DNA from: a virus
Lineage: Duplodnaviria; Caudoviricetes
IMG/VR virus record: IMGVR_UViG_3300027851_000024
Location: 1,035-65,034 of that record
Strand: one strand, 5' to 3'
DNA length: 64,000 nucleotides
Made by a program: the position numbers and the translations under genes. The first letter of the stretch is position 1. Each line of letters starts with the position of its first letter. Shown here in pieces: positions 58,848-64,000 of this stretch. Below the pieces are notes generated by a model. It made no database searches. It had not been told where the DNA came from and saw only the letters and a list, made by a program, of their open reading frames with translations.

Positions 58848-61800
58848 TGGATGAGTTTGATAAGCTGTTTGGAGTTGCTGATAACGAACCTGATGAGTTT
58901 GAAAAGATGTTTGGCATTAGCAATGCAGCGACTATAGATACTTCTGAGCCTGAACGAACTGTTGGCTCAACAATAAAGGATGTAGGCGTATCTCTTGCTA
59001 AAGGTGTAGTAGGTGCTGGCCAAGGACTGATAGGACTTGCAGATATTCCAACAGGCGGGCATGTTGGGAAGGGTCTTGAATCGGTAGGAGTCAAACCTGA
59101 TGAATGGCAGCAGGATTTGTCAAAGCAATACTCACCTGCACAGCAAGCAGCAAATCAGCAAGTAGATGCAGCGACTGGATTTGTTGATACTGCTAAAGCA
59201 ATGATTTCGAATCCAAGCACGATTGCTCATGGCATTGTAGAGACGCTTCCATCCGTAGCTGCTGGTGGTGTGATTGGTAGAGGTGCCCTGGCAGTAGGAT
59301 CACGGTTCGCTCCAAAAGCAGTTACATCTCTCGGCAAGACTGGATCTGCTATTGCAGCTGGAGCAGTTGGTGAAGGTACAATTGGTGCAGGGCAAACGGC
59401 TGAGCAGATTAGAAACCAGTCGCAAGATGACTTATTGACTGGAAAGCAGGCAGGCTTGGCAGCAGCGGCTGGACTTGGTACTGCGATATTTGGAGTTGTT
59501 GGTGGAAGGTTGGCAAAGAAATTTGACTTTGCTGACGTGGATACGATGATTGTCAATGGGCTGAACCCAGCCAAAAAGGAAGGTCTCAAAGGAGTTGTCA
59601 AATCAATCCTTGGTGGAGGCATTACTGAAGGTGTGTTCGAAGAACTTCCGCAGACTGTCCAAGAGACGATCTTCACAAATGCTGCACTTGATAAGCCATT
59701 GCTGGAAGGTGTGCCTGAAAGTTCTGCCCAAGCTATTATTCTTGGCGGAGCAATGGGTGGTGGTGCAAACTTGTTGCCAGGCAAAGATGCTGGGCCTGTA
59801 AAAACTGAGGCAGAGCTTGAACTGGATAGGCGTGCAGGAAATATTCTTATCCAGAAAGATGATCAGATTGCTCAGAGTGTACAGAAATTAAATGAAGATC
59901 TTAAAGCTGGGCAGGAGTTGCTAGCTGACCTTGATAAACTTGATCAGAAGGCAAGAGAACTGAATGTGTCTCCAGCTGAGTTAACTAGAAAAACTGTTTA
60001 TGACACCAAAAATACTCAGGATCTTCTGGATCGAATTAAGTCAGAAATGACGAAGAAGGAAGAGATTGCTAAGAAAGAATATGAGGCGCTGTCGCCTGAA
60101 GATAAGCAAGTAAAAGATATTGAAAATAAACTAATTGCACAGCGTCAAGCTGAGGCTCAGCAGATCAATAGTGATCTTGAGGCAATTAAGAAGCGAGAAG
60201 AAATTGCTCGTAAGCAATATAAGGATGAAAAAGATCCTGAGAAGAAATCAGCAATTGCTGAACGGGCTATTAGTTTGAGGAAGGAAAAGGATGCGTTGCT
60301 GAACCGTCAGTTACAAATTCAAGAAGTGAATCAAGCTAAAGAATTTGCTCCTGTAAAGAAAGCTGATGAACTTCGTCAGGAGAAAGAAAACTTTTATAAT
60401 AGACTTTGGCTTGGAGGAACTAGTAAAGATGCAGCAGAATCTGCGCAAGTATTTAATGAAAAATCTACTGAACAGCAAGATATCTTAGATAGGCTTTTGA
60501 ATCAAATTGCAGCTACTCAGGATCAGCAAAAGAAACAAGAGCTGCAGAAAGTCTATGATGGATTGTTTCAGACTTTTGAACGTGATGCTCAGGAGGCTGC
60601 TCAAACTTTTGAAAGTCAAGATCTTAGTCAGTTTGATCAATTGGTTAGGGCTAAAGATCAGGAACGCCTTAATAAAGTTCTTGAAGCTATAGTTGTAGAG
60701 CCGGATCCTCAGGCACGACAGAAACTCTATGAGCAGATGTTTATGCTGCCTGGAGTTAAAGATGCTGCTGCTTCAGCTGAAGTGTTTGCTCAGCAGGGTG
60801 AAGATGCAGACATGGTACAGAGACGTAAAGAGTTGAAGCAGATCATGAGTAGGATTACTCAAGAGTCTGATCCTGCAGTCAGGCAGAAACTTTATAATCA
60901 GATGTTTCAACAGCCTGGAGTTAAGAGTGCTTTGGAGTCTGCGGAAGTATTTACTTCTACGGATGTAAAAACAAAAACAGGCAAACCATATAAAAGTAGA
61001 GAGTATCTTGAAGGAATTATTAGTGAATTACCTAATCCTGAAAGTTATGATATAATAGAAAGTCCTGAAGGATTTACTGCTGTAAAGAAAGTACTTGGTT
61101 CAATTGACAACAGTGCGTTCAATAATGAACAGCCAGTCGGTGAGGTTCCACAGTTTCAGGTTGGTGAAACTCAAAACCTTGTTAAGAATATAAGCCTTAC
61201 TGATATTCAAAAAGCCTTCAATGATCAGATTGTTACAAAAGCTGAAGACGGAACTATATCTATCAAATTAAAAAATGGAAAAGGCTTAACGATTAATAGC
61301 ATTCAATCAGCTGGGGATGGTTTCATATCCTTTGCGATTGAAACTGGCCAAATGTCTAAGGAGGGTAAAATTCTTGGCATTACTGTAGGTAATAAGATTC
61401 TACTAGACAAAAACTTTGCTGACAATAAAACTCTTTGGCATGAAAGTATGCACGTCTTAGAAAATCTTGGCATGATCACAGAAGCTGATAATAGCGCTCT
61501 TAATAAGGAGTTTAATAAACTTCGGAAAGCAGGCAAGCTAAAGTTTGCTCTCAGCACATATAACAATCCTGAATTATCAGAAAATGAAAATAAGAAGCAG
61601 CGCATGATTGAAAATCGGGCGAACATGTTTGCTCAGATTATGACTGACAGAGATGCATACCGCAACACTGGGTTTGGGAAAGTCATTCAAAGGGTGATGG
61701 ATTTCTTTCAGCAGCTGCTAGCTATGGGTAAGCAGACTGTTAGTGGGCTTGCAAGAGAGGTAGAATCTGGCAAGATTTATGAACGCAAAGTTGGTAATCA

Positions 61801-64000
61801 AACAATTTCGACGACTGTTCCAATGGCTGAAGAAGCAGCAAGTAAGTGGCACTCAGCCTTGGAGAATGCAGTCAATAGTTTTCAGCAAAAGATTGGAACG
61901 CCTGACCAATGGAAAGGAATGATCAAAGGTTATCCTGGCATCAAGCAGGAAGAACTTGATTGGATTGGGCTGGATGAATGGTTGGACAGCAAAGATGGGA
62001 AGGTTAGCAAGGATGAGTTGGTTAAGTTTATTGCGGAAAATAATGTCAGGTTGGAGGAAGTTGTAAAAGGTTGGACTGTAGAAAAAGAACAAAGGTTAAC
62101 TGATCTTGATAATAAATTACGAGAAACTGGTAATTTATCTGTTGATGAGCAGGATGAATATAACAGTTTAATTAATGAGGAATCTTTTTCAAAAACATTA
62201 GGATCTGATACAAAATATGCTAACTATCAACTTCCTGGAGGAAAGAATTATCAAGAACTTTTAATCACGTTGCCCTTGGGAAATAAACCTAGTAAAGAAC
62301 AAGCACAACTTTTTAATTATAGAAAACAACTAGAAAATAAATATGGACAAAATCTTACTTATGACGATCTAGTTGAAGCTATAACAAGAGAAGAAAAAAT
62401 AGAACTCAATAAGTTAGAAGACTTATTTTATGCAAATGAATCTAAACCTATTGATTCAAAAGATAGATATAAATCATCTCATTGGGACGAACCAAACATT
62501 CTAACTCACATCAGGTTTAATGAACGAACTGATGCTGATGGAAACAGAGTGTTGTTTCTTGAAGAGGTGCAGAGCGACTGGCATCAGGCGGGAAGGAAAA
62601 CAGGCTATGATACAACAAAGGAATACGATAAAATAAAAGCCTTTGCTGAGCAGCATGGAATAACAATTAGAACTGGACCAAAAGAAACATTACCAGTGAA
62701 AGAGCGAGTATTTTTAAGGCGAGCTGCTGAAAATACTATTGGAATAGATCTAATGGAGGATATGCTTGATGCACATGAAGCAGAAATACAATATTCTATT
62801 CCATACGCTCCGTTCAAAAAGTCTTGGCCGTTGCTTGCAATGAAGCGCATGATAAGGTATGCCGCGGAGAATGGATTTGATAAGATTGCTTGGACTACTG
62901 GACAGCAGCAAGCAGACAGGTATGGTGAAGCTAATATTAAAGCTGAAGGCATGAAAGGCTTCTACGATCAGATGCTTCCTTCAATGCTGAATAAAGAGTT
63001 TAATCGAGGTAAGTGGGGAAATGCCAAGGTTGAGGCAACTGATATAGGCTTACAAAAAGATGGTAAAGTTACTATCACAGAAGCAATAAAAGCTTTTAGT
63101 GATGGCAAGCAAGTTTTTGTTGGAGATCATTTGGCTCAGTCTCGTAATGAAATTGAGACCTATCCTTATGACGACTTAACTATACCTATGCCTGAGCATG
63201 TTCTTTCTCTTCCCATTACCAACCGCATGAAATCAAAGGCACTCCGTGAGGGGATGCCAATGTTTGAGGTTACAAATTTAAAAGATAGAGAATATCTTAC
63301 AGCAGTAAGTAATAATGATATATCTCAGGCACAAAAATTAGTAGATAATGCAGCAAAAGAAAGTGGCTACACAGAAACTGTTTATCATTGGGGTAGGATT
63401 CCTTTATCAGATGCAAGTGAATTGCCTAATTTAGGAACAGTTCTTTTAGCTAATACTCCATTAACAGAAGAACAGAAAATTGAATTAGGGCCTATATTTA
63501 GATTATATAGAACAAAACAATTAGGTAATGGACTTTATGTTTCACGAAATCCTAATAGATGGGAAGGGTATGTAAAAAATGGTGATGGAGGATTTTTAGT
63601 TCCTATTGACGATAATGCTATATCTGATGAATTTTTTAATCAAATATTAAATGATGAAAAATTAAGTAAGTTTTTTAATGTTAGTAAATTAGCTATTGAT
63701 AGATATGAAAATAAAAATCCTGGACAAGGTTGGAAAGTATATAGAAATGAGTTATTAGGATTTAAACGTAAGTTATATGATATTGCATCAAAAAACTTAA
63801 AGAATTTACCTATAAAGAAATATAAGTTATATTATAATCCGGATAAACTTATTACTGGAAATGAGTATTCTGATTCATCTGATTTAGCTTATAGAAATAA
63901 GAATAAAGATATTGAGAATATTGATGATAATGAAATAAAAATTGTAAATTCAGGAGCAGTTAAATCTGCTGATGCAATAACATATCATAATGGTAATGTT
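58847..64000 (+). CDS. Giant polyvalent/ejection protein (>1718 aa, 3'-truncated; absent from the ORF track)
   Basis: ATG overlaps the TAA at 58847; same frame at 61439 (HESMH), 62561 (EEVQSDWHQ) and the window end (KSADAITY); Gly/Ala membrane-like N-terminus, helical repeats, ART-like VYH..G.GLY.S. Confidence 0.85.
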   Translation, partial: MDEFDKLFGVADNEPDEFEKMFGISNAATIDTSEPERTVGSTIKDVGVSLAKGVVGAGQGLIGLADIPTGGHVGKGLESVGVKPDEWQQDLSKQYSPAQQAANQQVDAATGFVDTAKAMISNPSTIAHGIVETLPSVAAGGVIGRGALAVGSRFAPKAVTSLGKTGSAIAAGAVGEGTIGAGQTAEQIRNQSQDDLLTGKQAGLAAAAGLGTAIFGVVGGRLAKKFDFADVDTMIVNGLNPAKKEGLKGVVKSILGGGITEGVFEELPQTVQETIFTNAALDKPLLEGVPESSAQAIILGGAMGGGANLLPGKDAGPVKTEAELELDRRAGNILIQKDDQIAQSVQKLNEDLKAGQELLADLDKLDQKARELNVSPAELTRKTVYDTKNTQDLLDRIKSEMTKKEEIAKKEYEALSPEDKQVKDIENKLIAQRQAEAQQINSDLEAIKKREEIARKQYKDEKDPEKKSAIAERAISLRKEKDALLNRQLQIQEVNQAKEFAPVKKADELRQEKENFYNRLWLGGTSKDAAESAQVFNEKSTEQQDILDRLLNQIAATQDQQKKQELQKVYDGLFQTFERDAQEAAQTFESQDLSQFDQLVRAKDQERLNKVLEAIVVEPDPQARQKLYEQMFMLPGVKDAAASAEVFAQQGEDADMVQRRKELKQIMSRITQESDPAVRQKLYNQMFQQPGVKSALESAEVFTSTDVKTKTGKPYKSREYLEGIISELPNPESYDIIESPEGFTAVKKVLGSIDNSAFNNEQPVGEVPQFQVGETQNLVKNISLTDIQKAFNDQIVTKAEDGTISIKLKNGKGLTINSIQSAGDGFISFAIETGQMSKEGKILGITVGNKILLDKNFADNKTLWHESMHVLENLGMITEADNSALNKEFNKLRKAGKLKFALSTYNNPELSENENKKQRMIENRANMFAQIMTDRDAYRNTGFGKVIQRVMDFFQQLLAMGKQTVSGLAREVESGKIYERKVGNQTISTTVPMAEEAASKWHSALENAVNSFQQKIGTPDQWKGMIKGYPGIKQEELDWIGLDEWLDSKDGKVSKDELVKFIAENNVRLEEVVKGWTVEKEQRLTDLDNKLRETGNLSVDEQDEYNSLINEESFSKTLGSDTKYANYQLPGGKNYQELLITLPLGNKPSKEQAQLFNYRKQLENKYGQNLTYDDLVEAITREEKIELNKLEDLFYANESKPIDSKDRYKSSHWDEPNILTHIRFNERTDADGNRVLFLEEVQSDWHQAGRKTGYDTTKEYDKIKAFAEQHGITIRTGPKETLPVKERVFLRRAAENTIGIDLMEDMLDAHEAEIQYSIPYAPFKKSWPLLAMKRMIRYAAENGFDKIAWTTGQQQADRYGEANIKAEGMKGFYDQMLPSMLNKEFNRGKWGNAKVEATDIGLQKDGKVTITEAIKAFSDGKQVFVGDHLAQSRNEIETYPYDDLTIPMPEHVLSLPITNRMKSKALREGMPMFEVTNLKDREYLTAVSNNDISQAQKLVDNAAKESGYTETVYHWGRIPLSDASELPNLGTVLLANTPLTEEQKIELGPIFRLYRTKQLGNGLYVSRNPNRWEGYVKNGDGGFLVPIDDNAISDEFFNQILNDEKLSKFFNVSKLAIDRYENKNPGQGWKVYRNELLGFKRKLYDIASKNLKNLPIKKYKLYYNPDKLITGNEYSDSSDLAYRNKNKDIENIDDNEIKIVNSGAVKSADAITYHNGNV
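61117..61138. promoter_or_regulatory. Dispersed palindrome, copy 5, inside the giant gene (GTTCAataaTGAAC-AGCCAGTC)
   Basis: Arms and 8-bp flank identical to copy 3. Confidence 0.65.

Noticed and set aside
59227-62952. Minus-strand and short alternative-frame ORFs from the track
   Set aside because: Shadows of the giant plus-strand ORF; the same applies to most antisense ORFs over long genes elsewhere
1-64000. Stop-codon recoding, Z-genome (purZ), integrase or phage RNA polymerase
   Set aside because: Genes are full length under the standard code with all three stops used; no PurZ, recombinase or RNAP motifs recognised

Overview
The window is about 64 kb of a tailed dsDNA phage genome (Caudoviricetes, podovirus-like: no tape measure or sheath gene, but a nozzle and ejection-type proteins). 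It has two arms diverging from a non-coding control region at about 24.9-26.9 kb. The minus-strand arm (1.5-26.1 kb) holds early and replication genes: ThyX, a DEDDh exonuclease, a DUF3987-like ATPase, a UDG-fused family A DNA polymerase with a LAGLIDADG intein, a ParB-MTase fusion, MazG, NAD-dependent ligase, an SSB/Sak4/Cas4-like recombination trio, a UvrD-like helicase and many small ORFs. The plus-strand arm (27-64 kb) holds terminase, portal, a Tad2-like protein, GroES, scaffold, capsid, tail/receptor-binding proteins (one with a polysaccharide deacetylase), exported proteins, lysozyme, a ferredoxin-like protein, TraR/DksA and ejection proteins. It ends in a >1700-aa polyvalent protein that runs off the window; 1..1463 is probably the C-terminus of that protein (circular permutation). 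The most notable unexplained signals are: (i) five dispersed copies of a GTTCA-N4-TGAAC-AGC palindrome in a genome encoding a ParB-HTH-methylase; (ii) four early proteins sharing a C-terminal helical motif; (iii) two clusters of multi-stem non-coding structures in the replication arm; (iv) gene cassettes bounded by duplicated stop/RBS/start junctions, including a 1.5-kb alternative tail cassette; (v) a candidate origin with inverted repeats. All calls come from reading motifs by eye; no searches were run.
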